DNA of 64,000 nucleotides, taken from positions 1 through 64,000 of the IMG/VR virus record IMGVR_UViG_3300050581_000016; one strand, given 5' to 3'. The DNA is from a virus (lineage: Duplodnaviria; Caudoviricetes). Made by a program: the position numbers and the translations under genes. Under the pieces are notes generated by a model. That model was not told the DNA's origin and ran no database searches. It saw only the letters and a program-made list of their open reading frames with translations. Of this stretch, positions 1 to 8,610 are shown one piece after another; position 1 is the first letter of the stretch; each line of letters opens with the position of its first letter.

Positions 1-599
1 TTTAATTGATTGAATCGAAAACCGCCTTCAAACATCTCATAGGCCGGATGGTGTCCGAATGCCACGGTAACGCGGGCATCTCTTTGGTTCTGCAATCTTG
101 ATTGATACCAATCCAATTCCGATTTTGATAAATATCCGAATAATGAAAATGGATATTTTGCGCCGAGATTTTCGGGAGTATGAAGCCCGATAAAATGATA
201 CTTACCGAAGGGATATTCTTTTACGAAATCGTAAAAAGGCTCTTTTTGCATACTTGAATTTCGAAACCATTTGAAATCCGGGTCGGAATAAGTATCATGA
301 TTACCCATAACATCAAAATATATATTTGAAGTCATGTTTGCAGTTTGTAGACTTACAGAATAATTATTCCATTCATATGCCAATTGGCCTTGATTTTTTC
401 CGAGAAAGTTATGGTAATCGGAATCAACGATGTCTCCCGTATGTAGATAGAACGCCGGCTTAATATATTGCTCACTCATATTGAGAAAGTTAACGAACAT
501 ATCCGTTTTTTCTTTAGAACTCCACATACTTTGAGTGTCGGTGATATGAACGAACCAAAATACTCCTTCGTTTTCATCGATTTGTAATAAATCGAGCGT
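1..599 (-). CDS. Calcineurin-like metallophosphoesterase fragment (TMEM62-like), lacks its 5' end and runs off the left edge; non-phage, AT-rich
   Basis: Not in the ORF track. Hand translation of the minus strand from 599 is open to the window edge: TLDLLQIDENEGVFWFVHITDTQ...YLHTGDIVD...FDVMGNHD...VAFGHHP (metallophosphoesterase motifs I-IV). In-frame TAG at 602-600 and no start codon before motif I. GC roughly 30-40% by eye count. Confidence 0.75.
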
Positions 600-600
600 C

Positions 601-1167
601 TACACGTCGTGGGCGCTTGAGAAGGAATACGAGGCCGTCGTGAAGGAATTGGCGCCGATCTCGGGCAAGTGCCTGGGCATTGTCACCAGCAACCACCACA
701 GGCGCTTTGAGCGGGCCGTAGGTATGAGTTTGGACAAGATGCTGGCCCACGACATGGCCGTTCCGTTCCTGGGCCAAATAGGGCTATTGAACGTGATTTG
801 CGGGAAGGCGTCCTACTACATCGCCCTGCACCACGGCACGGGCATGGGGAAGCGGCGCGGCTCCAAGACCAACAACACCGAAGACCTGGCCGTGCTCGTC
901 CCAGGCGCCGATATCTACATGGAGGGGCACACTCACGCTCCCGACTTCTTCATCGACGAGATGAACTACATCGACCGGAAGCGGGGCCTGTTCCGGTCGG
1001 CACCGGCCTACTTCTGCGTGACGGGGCACTTCCTTGACTACGGCAGGAGCTACGCCCCAGGAATGAAGCTCAGGCCCATGCCCCAGGGCGCGGCTGTCCT
1101 TGAGCTTCGTGAGGCGGGCGCCGGGAACGTGGGAAACAAGAAGGTGAGATTCGATCTGTTCAACTGA
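601..1167 (+). CDS. Phage metallophosphoesterase, C-terminal part only (5'-truncated at the junction)
   Basis: Motifs GIVTSNHHRR, LHHG and EGHTH are present but the N-terminal DxH and GD motifs are absent; the frame continues upstream of the GTG at 640 (YTSWALEKEYEAVVKEL) into the junction. Confidence 0.7.
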   Translation, partial: YTSWALEKEYEAVVKELAPISGKCLGIVTSNHHRRFERAVGMSLDKMLAHDMAVPFLGQIGLLNVICGKASYYIALHHGTGMGKRRGSKTNNTEDLAVLVPGADIYMEGHTHAPDFFIDEMNYIDRKRGLFRSAPAYFCVTGHFLDYGRSYAPGMKLRPMPQGAAVLELREAGAGNVGNKKVRFDLFN

Positions 1168-1171
1168 CAAG

Positions 1172-1189
1172 GGGCCGGGAAACCGGCCC
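1172..1189. terminator. GC hairpin GGGCCGG-GAAA-CCGGCCC between convergent genes
   Basis: Perfect 7-bp stem, GAAA loop, T-rich tail; identical 18-mer at 18479, 27705 and 59051. Confidence 0.75.
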
Positions 1190-1195
1190 TCTTTT

Positions 1196-1513
1196 CTATT
1201 TCAGGGTCACGGTTGGAGTGTAGAACAGGTCGATTTCTCCGACCTTCTTGAACTGCGATATGGTTCTGCCTCTGACCGTGACGTAGATCGGAGTTCCTTC
1301 CGGCATGTCAAGGCACTTTCCAGATGCCTGGGCGTCCTTGTAGACTTTGATGGCGGCGTCGTCCTTGTTCTGCTCGATCAAGTCCATGAAATAGGCGAGG
1401 ACAGACTCATCCTTGCATACTGTCGCATTCTTTCCAATGTAGGCGGTGTCGCCAGCCATCGCGGGCGCCACCAGGGCGAGACTCAATACCACGGCCAAAC
1501 AGATTCCCTTCAT
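1196..1513 (-). CDS. Exported hypothetical protein (signal peptide, 2 Cys in mature part); paralogue of 1627-2004
   Basis: MKGICLAVVLSLALVAPAMA signal-peptide pattern; RBS GGAGG upstream. Confidence 0.7.
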   Translation of the reverse strand: MKGICLAVVLSLALVAPAMAGDTAYIGKNATVCKDESVLAYFMDLIEQNKDDAAIKVYKDAQASGKCLDMPEGTPIYVTVRGRTISQFKKVGEIDLFYTPTVTLK

Positions 1514-1626
1514 GATTGCCTCCCAAAACGTGTTGACAAAAGAAAGGCCGGTTCGTGGAACCGGCCATCGGTTTCAGGAATGGCATCATACGCCTCTTGG
1601 AGGTCAAACGCAACTCTCCTGCGTCA

Positions 1627-2004
1627 TCACATTTTGACCTTTGGAGCCTTCTTGGCTGGCTCCTTGGGCGGCTTGCTAGTGAGCATCCACCCGAAGGTGT
1701 AGAAGATCGGATACTCGCCGGGGATTCGTATCATTGCAATGCGGTCGTTGTCCATCATCTTGTAGAAGGGAACTCCTGACGGCAGCATGCGACAGGCGTC
1801 GGATTCAACGACCGCTTTGATGTACTTCTCAAGGGCGTCCACGTCGTTCTGGTTTGAGAGCGCCTGCATGTAGCGAAGCGGGGCCTCGTCGGCACAGAAT
1901 AGGAACCTGTCTCCGGTGTACCTGATGCCGCTGTCTGCCATCCCGGTGGAAACAAAGGCGGCCAGGGACAATGCCAAAACCAGGGTGATGACTGTCTTCT
2001 TCAT
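1627..2004 (-). CDS. Exported hypothetical protein; paralogue of 1196-1513
   Basis: MKKTVITLVLALSLAAFVSTGMA signal-peptide pattern; RBS AGGAGG; shared C.DE..L.Y...N..DA...Y...S..C..P.G.P.Y pattern. Confidence 0.7.
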   Translation of the reverse strand: MKKTVITLVLALSLAAFVSTGMADSGIRYTGDRFLFCADEAPLRYMQALSNQNDVDALEKYIKAVVESDACRMLPSGVPFYKMMDNDRIAMIRIPGEYPIFYTFGWMLTSKPPKEPAKKAPKVKM

Positions 2005-2032
2005 GGCTCCCTCCTTGAAGCGTGTAAGGTTC

Positions 2033-2215
2033 CTACCTGATGTATCCCTCGCGCTCGGCCAGCTTCCTGATCTCAGTCCAACTATCCCCGCGCTCGATCA
2101 CGAAGGGGTGCTGCTTGACGAAGCGCCGGATTCCGACGCCCACCTTCTGTTGGTCTTCGGGGTGGACGGCTCCGGCGATCCATGCTGTCAAATGCCTTCC
2201 GGTGAATTCATCCAC
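2033..2215 (-). CDS. Small hypothetical protein
   Basis: GTG at 2215 preceded by AAGGAGG; co-oriented with neighbours. Confidence 0.55.
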   Translation of the reverse strand: MDEFTGRHLTAWIAGAVHPEDQQKVGVGIRRFVKQHPFVIERGDSWTEIRKLAEREGYIR

Positions 2216-2238
2216 GGCATCCTCCTTGTGTGTTGAGC

Positions 2239-2442
2239 CTATGATTGACCGGCAAGGCCGCAATATCCAAATTCACCACTTTCAAGGCCGCCGTCCCAGC
2301 GCCACATCATGCACTTGTCGGCCCTGCACTTTGCGTTGTCGTTATTCGAGTAACCCGACGCCCCATATGGCGTGCTGATACGATGCCCGTCTCGCGCCAT
2401 CGGACACCACATTTTCTTTGCCTCTTCCACTTTCACGATCAC
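2239..2442 (-). CDS. Small Cys-containing phage protein
   Basis: WCPMAR...CRADKCMMWRW...GYCGLAG pattern; RBS AGAGGAGG. Confidence 0.6.
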   Translation of the reverse strand: MIVKVEEAKKMWCPMARDGHRISTPYGASGYSNNDNAKCRADKCMMWRWDGGLESGEFGYCGLAGQS

Positions 2443-2444
2443 GG

Positions 2445-3137
2445 CTATTCCTCCTCTTTCGCGGGTTCGGGCAATGCGGGCATCATGGTTGAAACATCAG
2501 GCATGCTGACATTCTGCCCAGTCAGGCATGCTGACATTCTGCCCAGATTGATAAGGGCGTTGGTGATGAATGCTTCGACCTCGGTCTTGGCCTCATGAAC
2601 AGTCTTGTCCATAGCCTCTGTGAAGCTCGATTGCACAAACGGGATGTTGCACTCCATTTCGGTCTGGATGTTTCGCAGCTTGCCAAGCAGGGCGTTTAAT
2701 TCCTTCTTGGTCGGCGTGCCCTTCTTGCTAAGCAGCTCCGTGGCCTCGCTGATCGCCTGGCCCATGACCTCGTTGATCTTCATGACCTTCTTTTTAAAGT
2801 CGTCCTCGATGCGATCTTGGACGCTGTAGTCTGGGCACGGCTCCATTTCCTCGCCGTTGAAATAGCGCAAGGTGCAGGGCACACCGTCGCCCATGTTCAG
2901 GCTGGAAATCATCTCGGCAAATTGGGCAGGGCTGAGATGGACTTCTATCAATGCCTCTTTGCCGAAAATCCATTCGCGGGAGAGGTCGCGCTCCCTCGTC
3001 GCCTGTTTGATGGTGATGGCGATTCCGTTGAAGTGCTTGATGTGGGAGCCAAACATATTGTTGCCGCGATTGTCGTAGAACCTGTGAGCGCCGATCATGG
3101 CGTAGCTCTCATGCTTCTCTGTGGCTCTTTCCATCAT
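2445..3137 (-). CDS. Hypothetical phage protein (coiled-coil C-half)
   Basis: 230-aa ORF, RBS AGAAGGAGG, tightly packed with neighbours. Confidence 0.7.
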   Translation of the reverse strand: MMERATEKHESYAMIGAHRFYDNRGNNMFGSHIKHFNGIAITIKQATRERDLSREWIFGKEALIEVHLSPAQFAEMISSLNMGDGVPCTLRYFNGEEMEPCPDYSVQDRIEDDFKKKVMKINEVMGQAISEATELLSKKGTPTKKELNALLGKLRNIQTEMECNIPFVQSSFTEAMDKTVHEAKTEVEAFITNALINLGRMSACLTGQNVSMPDVSTMMPALPEPAKEEE

Positions 3138-3355
3138 GTCCTCCTTCTGGCCCTGAAGGCCCTGGTCGCATGTCGGGGCGCTTCAGGCGTGCCCACGTCG
3201 TAGAAAGTCCGGTACTGGCAGGCCGAACACTGGCCCCTGAACTCACCGTCCTTGGGGCCGAACCCGCTTTCTGAGTGTCCCTGCATCGTGGCGCCGCACT
3301 TCCAGCAGCGCACTTCCTCATGGCTTCTGAATGTCGGGAACAGCCTGACGCTCAT
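3134..3355 (-). CDS. Small zinc-ribbon protein
   Basis: CWKC and CSAC pairs; 4-nt overlap with the next gene. Confidence 0.55.
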   Translation of the reverse strand: MSVRLFPTFRSHEEVRCWKCGATMQGHSESGFGPKDGEFRGQCSACQYRTFYDVGTPEAPRHATRAFRARRRT

Positions 3356-3469
3356 TTCATACTCCCGGAAAGGCCGCCCGAAGGCGGCCTGGTCAATCGC
3401 TAGGGGAGCACCACAGCCTCAACCGCTTTGGCGCCGCCCTGGAGGTTAAATTCTCTAACCGTTAATTCC

Positions 3470-3498
3470 ACAATACAGTAAGTGCTGACTATTGTCAA
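3470..3498 (-). promoter_or_regulatory. sigma70 promoter TTGACA-17-TATTGT with operator variant in spacer
   Basis: -35 at 3498-3493, -10 at 3475-3470; TAAGTGCTGA at 3479-3488. Confidence 0.7.
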
Positions 3499-3521
3499 CA
3501 ACTATTTGATAGGAATTTCAT

Positions 3522-4385
3522 TTACTTGTCTTCACGCACCCTGTAGAACCTGGGGTGCCGAAGCGATCCCGCCTTCGTGACCTGCTGATACCTGATCTCG
3601 ACCATCTTGGGCAGGTCGTCCATGAACTCGTGACGCTGGGCATCACTCATGCCGCTGACGCTCACCTTGACGCCCTTGAAGTCAACCACCAGGGCGCCGA
3701 TCATCCCGGCGTACTTGCCCTCACCAGGCTCCCAGCCGATCACGGGCACGTCTGCCGTCTCTTCGCCCTTCAGCTTCAGCCACTGGGCCGACTTCTTGTG
3801 CTCGTAGAGGCCGTTCTTGGTCTTGAGCACCAGGCCCTCCCAGCCCTCTTTGATCGTGGCGTCCAGCCACTCCAAGATGGCGCCGTCCTCGTACATGGCA
3901 GGGCACAGGTCATGGTGCTCATGCCTCCAGATGTTGCCGTGGTCAACATGCCCATTGAAAATCAATTCAAGAAGGTCTTGGCGTCGGGCCAATGGAGTGT
4001 TGAACATCTGAACATCGAGCACGTTCAGCCGGAAGATGCTGTCGTCAACGTCCTTAAGCCGTCGAAGCTGGCTCATCACGTCGCTGAACTCGGCGCTCGT
4101 GCTGGTCGTCTCACTGTCAAAGACCACCGGATAACCGGACAGGCCGTTCAAGTAGATCGTTCCTGCCAAGGCCCTCAACCCTTCATCGAAGCAGGCAAAG
4201 TTGGGGAATCGCTTCTTGTTCCTGCTGAAGTGGGCGACCTCGCCGTCCTTGTGGACTACTGACAGGGTGCGAACCCCGTCCAGCTTGTACGACCAGCAGA
4301 TATTCTGCGGGCCACCGGCAAAGCCAAGGAACGCTTTCACGTCGTCTCTACAGGTCATGGCGTCAGGTGGGATGTACGGATTCAT
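3522..4385 (-). CDS. lig: Minimal ATP-dependent DNA ligase
   Basis: Motif I YKLDGVR, FDSE, WEGLVLK, WLKLK, OB-fold SLRHPRF; likely start ATG 4385 with GGAGG RBS. Confidence 0.9.
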   Translation of the reverse strand: MNPYIPPDAMTCRDDVKAFLGFAGGPQNICWSYKLDGVRTLSVVHKDGEVAHFSRNKKRFPNFACFDEGLRALAGTIYLNGLSGYPVVFDSETTSTSAEFSDVMSQLRRLKDVDDSIFRLNVLDVQMFNTPLARRQDLLELIFNGHVDHGNIWRHEHHDLCPAMYEDGAILEWLDATIKEGWEGLVLKTKNGLYEHKKSAQWLKLKGEETADVPVIGWEPGEGKYAGMIGALVVDFKGVKVSVSGMSDAQRHEFMDDLPKMVEIRYQQVTKAGSLRHPRFYRVREDK

Positions 4386-4597
4386 TGAATGGCCTCCGCT
4401 GGCGCCTTCATGGCGCACCAATCACCGCATGCCACCGTCCAGGCGCCTTCCGTGAAGCTCGGATGCTGATGCGGGTCGGGATAGTCCCAGGTGTTCATGT
4501 TGCCTCGCCCGTACTCGAAGGCCGCAATCACGGCCTCCCTGGGCGGGAGGTCAAAGCTCATGGTGTCCAGGCTGGACAGGTTCACGACCTCGGTCAT
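4382..4597 (-). CDS. Small hypothetical protein
   Basis: Co-oriented ORF with RBS AGGAG and 4-nt overlap with ligase start. Confidence 0.55.
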   Translation of the reverse strand: MTEVVNLSSLDTMSFDLPPREAVIAAFEYGRGNMNTWDYPDPHQHPSFTEGAWTVACGDWCAMKAPAEAIQ

Positions 4598-4606
4598 GGC
4601 TTACTC

Positions 4607-4798
4607 CTATTTCGACCAGTTGCTCCTGATCGGTATGTCTCCGAAGATGTTGGGAATGTAGGTGATGCCATTCTTAAGCAACAGCGTGCCCAGCTCATCG
4701 AGGCGTCGGCGGGCGTTTCTTCCAAACACCTTGTCAGCCCAGGCATACCTCGACAGGTCTTTGTACTCGCGATAGGCATTGGATAGTTCGACGTTCAT
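4607..4798 (-). CDS. Small hypothetical protein
   Basis: Co-oriented ORF, RBS GGAG, tight packing. Confidence 0.55.
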   Translation of the reverse strand: MNVELSNAYREYKDLSRYAWADKVFGRNARRRLDELGTLLLKNGITYIPNIFGDIPIRSNWSK

Positions 4799-4801
4799 GG
4801 C

Positions 4802-5113
4802 CTACTCCTGCTCGATCAACCAGCGGTCAACCTTGTGGTCAAGCCCGACAAACAGGGCAGGGCCGCTTCCATCCTGCTCTTTCGTAAAACGGGTGTACCA
4901 GACGTTCCCGATGGCACGCCCTTGGCCGTTGATGAAGGGGAATCCCCGGCTGACCGCCACGTCGTAGGCGCTCCTGAACACCCTGGGTTTCCTGATCCTG
5001 ACCGCGCTCATTCGGTTGGCGCGGGTCACTTCAACGTGGTCTGGCGTGACTGTCCTTTTCACTACTGCTTCCATGTCGTCCTCCGTCGTTGGGGTTCGTT
5101 TCCTAGCCGTCAT
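4802..5113 (-). CDS. Hypothetical protein (start may be ATG 5074)
   Basis: Co-oriented ORF directly below a promoter at 5121-5150. Confidence 0.55.
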   Translation of the reverse strand: MTARKRTPTTEDDMEAVVKRTVTPDHVEVTRANRMSAVRIRKPRVFRSAYDVAVSRGFPFINGQGRAIGNVWYTRFTKEQDGSGPALFVGLDHKVDRWLIEQE

Positions 5114-5120
5114 TGTCTGA

Positions 5121-5150
5121 TAAATACCATAAGTGCTTACTGACTGTCAA
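5121..5150 (-). promoter_or_regulatory. Probable sigma70 promoter with operator TAAGTGCTTA (5130-5139)
   Basis: TTGACA at 5150-5145; best -10 TATTTA at 18-bp spacing. Confidence 0.55.
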
Positions 5151-5475
5151 GAGAAAAATCAATAGATAATTGGATAGGTTGCTTTATTTCTGGAGTCCAG
5201 CACAGGTCTGACGCCTTGAGCTTGCCATCATGGTCAAAGTCATAGTAGCACCCGTAGGAGTGCCAGACCTCCCAGGTGTGCTCACCGCTCACTTTGGCAT
5301 AGGGTGTCTGGGGGATGTGGCGGGCCTTGACGGCCTCGCCCTCTTTGAAGGCTGTCTGGCCCTTGCAGACGCCGTGAGTGCGGTATGAATAGGGCGTGGG
5401 TTCCGGCCTAAAGATGTTGCCATCAGTTCGCACGTAAAAGCCGTGTGAGTCTTTCTTGATCTTGGTCTTGGCCAT
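5137..5475 (-). CDS. Hypothetical protein
   Basis: 112-aa ORF, RBS AAGGAGG. Confidence 0.65.
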   Translation of the reverse strand: MAKTKIKKDSHGFYVRTDGNIFRPEPTPYSYRTHGVCKGQTAFKEGEAVKARHIPQTPYAKVSGEHTWEVWHSYGCYYDFDHDGKLKASDLCWTPEIKQPIQLSIDFSLDSQ

Positions 5476-5487
5476 GTCAACCTCCTT

Positions 5488-5844
5488 CTACCAATCAGTC
5501 TCGATGCCTTCATATTCGGCGGCTTCCAGCATCCATTCGCCGAGGTCTGAGCAGTCGTCGTAGGCAGCGCCTTCAGCCTGCATGGCGACGTAGCGACCGA
5601 AGCAGTCGGGGTCGTTGTTGAAGCTCTTGAAGTTTTTGCTCTTGGCCGTTTTCCTGATGTAGGCCAGCTCCTCCTGCCATTCCTCGCGGGTCTTGATATG
5701 TCTTGTTCCCACCGCTATTCCCTTCGTGGCTTCTTCAAGCACGTCGATGTCGATCTCATCCTGGGCGTCGCACGCATCCTCGATCATGAGGGCCAGGCGC
5801 TGTATGTAGGCTTTAGTCACGGGCGTCATGTTAATGAACTTCAT
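5488..5844 (-). CDS. Hypothetical protein
   Basis: 118-aa ORF in the leftward early block. Confidence 0.6.
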   Translation of the reverse strand: MKFINMTPVTKAYIQRLALMIEDACDAQDEIDIDVLEEATKGIAVGTRHIKTREEWQEELAYIRKTAKSKNFKSFNNDPDCFGRYVAMQAEGAAYDDCSDLGEWMLEAAEYEGIETDW

Positions 5845-5847
5845 GTC

Positions 5848-6048
5848 TTATCCCTTCCCGGTTCGTGCCATGCTGACACTGGCTCGGAGCAACTTGATGG
5901 CCTCCTCCACCCTGCACATGGCGATGTTGATTTCATTCGCCCTGTTTTCTCCGTGGCTCCAATCAACCAGGCTCAGGGCGGTTTCCAGGTCGATGGCCGT
6001 TCGCTCGACCTTGCCGAAGAACTTGATGGCCTTCTTTTCAGTCAGCAT
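5848..6048 (-). CDS. Small hypothetical protein
   Basis: RBS AGGGAGG; tight packing. Confidence 0.55.
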   Translation of the reverse strand: MLTEKKAIKFFGKVERTAIDLETALSLVDWSHGENRANEINIAMCRVEEAIKLLRASVSMARTGKG

Positions 6049-6058
6049 CGTGGCCTCC

Positions 6059-6325
6059 CTATCCGACCTGGGTGATGCACTTCGTGGCGGGGTTCATCCA
6101 TCCGTGCCTTCGCTCGACGCCTTTGCTTCCGACCGTTTCAAGGTCGAAGTACACTTCCTTGCTGGCCGCTCCGGTTTCAAACCAGGGCTTGACTATCGAG
6201 TAGCTGTCGCCCAAGTAGCACTGGCCGAAGATGGCTCCGCACTTCTTGCATTCGGACACGCCGATAACCGTGGCGTGGGGCTTCAGACTTCTGCTGCTGC
6301 ATGCAGGGCATTCACAGAGGTTCAT
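6059..6325 (-). CDS. Zinc-ribbon protein
   Basis: CPAC and CKKC pairs; start ATG 6325 with AGGAG RBS. Confidence 0.6.
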   Translation of the reverse strand: MNLCECPACSSRSLKPHATVIGVSECKKCGAIFGQCYLGDSYSIVKPWFETGAASKEVYFDLETVGSKGVERRHGWMNPATKCITQVG

Positions 6326-6372
6326 CGTAGTAGCTCCTTCGGGCGCCCTCGCTGGGCGCCCGTGTGGATGGG

Positions 6373-6687
6373 TTAGCTGATGTAGGCAACCACTTCGTAT
6401 CTGCCGCTCTGCATCTTGTACCAGGTCAGGCACAAGGCGTTCATGAGCGGTTCGTAGAATTCGCCGGTCTTGCTGTCGGCCTTGGCCAGGGGAAGGCTCG
6501 CACGCCCCTCGCGTCCGCAGCAGAACCCGCTCCATTCGGTCTTGTCTTCCTGCACCACAACCAGGCCGACTCTTTTCAGGGCGTCAACCATCGGGCCAAT
6601 CGGAATCCATTCGTGGTAGGCATTGAAGCGGTCGATTGCTTGGTAGGCTGTCTTGCGGTCTTTGGTGCTCAATCTGGGTGCTCTCAT
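6373..6687 (-). CDS. Hypothetical protein, first gene of leftward early operon
   Basis: 104-aa ORF directly downstream of the promoter at 6745-6773. Confidence 0.65.
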   Translation of the reverse strand: MRAPRLSTKDRKTAYQAIDRFNAYHEWIPIGPMVDALKRVGLVVVQEDKTEWSGFCCGREGRASLPLAKADSKTGEFYEPLMNALCLTWYKMQSGRYEVVAYIS

Positions 6688-6744
6688 GTTTCGTGCTCCG
6701 TAGTTGGTTTGTTCGTTGCGCCTTGTTCCCTAACCGTTAATGTC

Positions 6745-6773
6745 ACAATACTAAGTGCTTACTTCTCTGTCAA
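6745..6773 (-). promoter_or_regulatory. sigma70 promoter TTGACA-17-TATTGT with operator TAAGTGCTTA (6752-6761)
   Basis: -35 at 6773-6768, -10 at 6750-6745. Confidence 0.75.
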
Positions 6774-6870
6774 CAAAAATATGAAGCGCTGACTTATTTT
6801 TTTTGAACTTGAAATCAGATGGCCGTCGAGGGTAAGCTCTCTGTATTACCTATTATAGGGAGGGCGGTCT

Positions 6871-7236
6871 ATGGAGTGGATGGATGACTTCGAGCCACCG
6901 GAATGGTTCGTCGTCGGAAGCGACAGGGCACCGAGCATCGAGTACGACCACCGGCTGGAGGTCTTGAACGCGAACCCGCGCCTGGACTTCCACGAGCGCC
7001 TGATCTTCATCCTGATGCTGAGTGAGGCGGGGATCGAGCGGGTGAGGCCGCTTTTCGAGACATACGAGATCGACGCCCTGGTCTATCCGTACAGCTTGAA
7101 GCGGATTAAGCTCATGACCGGCTGGAGCTTCGACGACATTCAGCATGCCGTGGGCAGGCTGACCCACGAGGGCTTCATCGAGCCGGTCGATCCGAGGGGC
7201 TATCGACTCGACTTCGGCGGCACGTTGGCAGACTAG
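6871..7236 (+). CDS. Winged-helix-like DNA-binding protein
   Basis: C-terminal SLKRIKLMTGWSFDDIQHAVGRLTHEGFI resembles a wHTH; RBS GGGAGG. Confidence 0.5.
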   Translation: MEWMDDFEPPEWFVVGSDRAPSIEYDHRLEVLNANPRLDFHERLIFILMLSEAGIERVRPLFETYEIDALVYPYSLKRIKLMTGWSFDDIQHAVGRLTHEGFIEPVDPRGYRLDFGGTLAD

Positions 7237-7252
7237 ATGGACTTCATCGAAC

Positions 7253-7483
7253 TAAGTAGGTACTTATTTGTGCCAAATCCGGCCTGTAAGGGCTAAAACC
7301 TAATGATTTCAACATACTGTACTAATCCGGCCTTCGGCACCATAGTTGAAATCATTGGGAAAAATGACCTAAAAAGGCCGATCTGCCAACAAAACTGCCA
7401 ACAGGGTCATTTTTCAACCCGCAAAACCCGTGCTCAGAACACGGGTTTTGTCGTTGTTGGCATGTTGGCAGATCGTGCCAACG
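7253..7483. mobile_element. attP region; core TCCGGCCTTCGGCACCA (7326-7342) resembling a tRNA-Leu 3' end
   Basis: 17-bp core ending CCA, flanked by inverted AATGATTTCAAC (7303-7314) / GTTGAAATCATT (7345-7356), with TGCCAAC arm-type repeats nearby; lies just downstream of the integrase. Confidence 0.75.
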
Positions 7484-8610
7484 AGTGCCCTGTTCGCCTC
7501 CTCCCGACCCTGCCCTGGAATCCAGTGACCATACGAGTCAACCGTCATCGTGATGGAGTGATGGCCGAGCTGCTTCTGGACGTAGGCAGGGCTGACGTGA
7601 GCCATCAGAAGGATGCTGGCGTAGGTGTGTCGGAGATCGTGAGGATTCCGTCTCCTGAGCAGAGCCATCCGGCATGCCTTCTTCAGGACGCACTGGATGA
7701 GGCGCTGGGTGATCTCGGGGAACAGGAGATCAGCCGGGACACCCGTGGACAGGGCCGCTTTCCGAAGCTCCTTGATGTGGGCCTCCAGCTTGGCGACCAG
7801 TGGCGCCGGGACGTCGATGAGCCTCTGTCCGGTCTTGGGCCTGCCGAAGCGTCCCAGTTTGACCGTCTCGCTCACCATGTACTGACAGTTCGTGACGTCC
7901 AGATGCTCCTGGCGCATGGCCAGACACTCCCCCAGGCGCATGCCGGTGAGGGCCATCGTCTCGATAATCAGGGCATACTTGCCCTTGAGGCGAGCCCAGG
8001 CCGTTTCCAGCAGGCGGTCAAGGTCTTCCTTGGAAAACGGGTCGGGCATGGTCTGATTGCGCTTGTGCTTCGGCGGCAGAATCTTCTTGAGCAGGCCGTG
8101 AGCCGGGTTCTCGTTGGTGTAGCCCCGATCAATGGCCTCCCCGAAGATGCCGCTGATGACCGCATGCACCAGCTCGACCGTCTTGGCCGCACGCCTGGCA
8201 AGGAGGTCGGTCAGGAGGTCTTTGACCTGGGTGCGCTTCACCTTGTCCACCGGCATCTCCCCGATCACCGGATTCACGAAGTCGCGCACAACCGTCACAT
8301 ACCGATCAATGGTGAAGTATGCCCAGCGACCCTTGTTCGTGGCGATCCACTCCGAGGCCACCTGGGCAACCCTGGGAGACTGAGGCTCGACCGGCTCGAC
8401 GGGCGCGATGTTCATCTTGGCGACGAACAGCTCAGCGGCCCGCAAGGCTCGATTCAACTCAGCCTCCCCTGCTCCAAACTGTCTGCGATCCCTTCCACCC
8501 TGCTCGCAGACCACGAGTTGCCACCGCTTCCGGCTCGTCATCATGACCTTGACGCCCTTGGCGATGGTGTAGATGGTTCCATACTTGCCTTCCGTCGTTT
8601 GGTGCTTCAT
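7414..8610 (-). CDS. int: Tyrosine recombinase (phage integrase)
   Basis: TGMRLGECLA (catalytic R), HDLRHTYAS (HxxR), LGHHSITMTVDSY (H and catalytic Y); 398 aa. Confidence 0.95.
   Translation of the reverse strand: MKHQTTEGKYGTIYTIAKGVKVMMTSRKRWQLVVCEQGGRDRRQFGAGEAELNRALRAAELFVAKMNIAPVEPVEPQSPRVAQVASEWIATNKGRWAYFTIDRYVTVVRDFVNPVIGEMPVDKVKRTQVKDLLTDLLARRAAKTVELVHAVISGIFGEAIDRGYTNENPAHGLLKKILPPKHKRNQTMPDPFSKEDLDRLLETAWARLKGKYALIIETMALTGMRLGECLAMRQEHLDVTNCQYMVSETVKLGRFGRPKTGQRLIDVPAPLVAKLEAHIKELRKAALSTGVPADLLFPEITQRLIQCVLKKACRMALLRRRNPHDLRHTYASILLMAHVSPAYVQKQLGHHSITMTVDSYGHWIPGQGREEANRALVGTICQHANNDKTRVLSTGFAG

Noticed and set aside
7326-7342. Possible tRNA gene ending in CCA
   Set aside because: Only the last 17 nt are tRNA-like; upstream sequence cannot fold a cloverleaf, so it is treated as the attP core.
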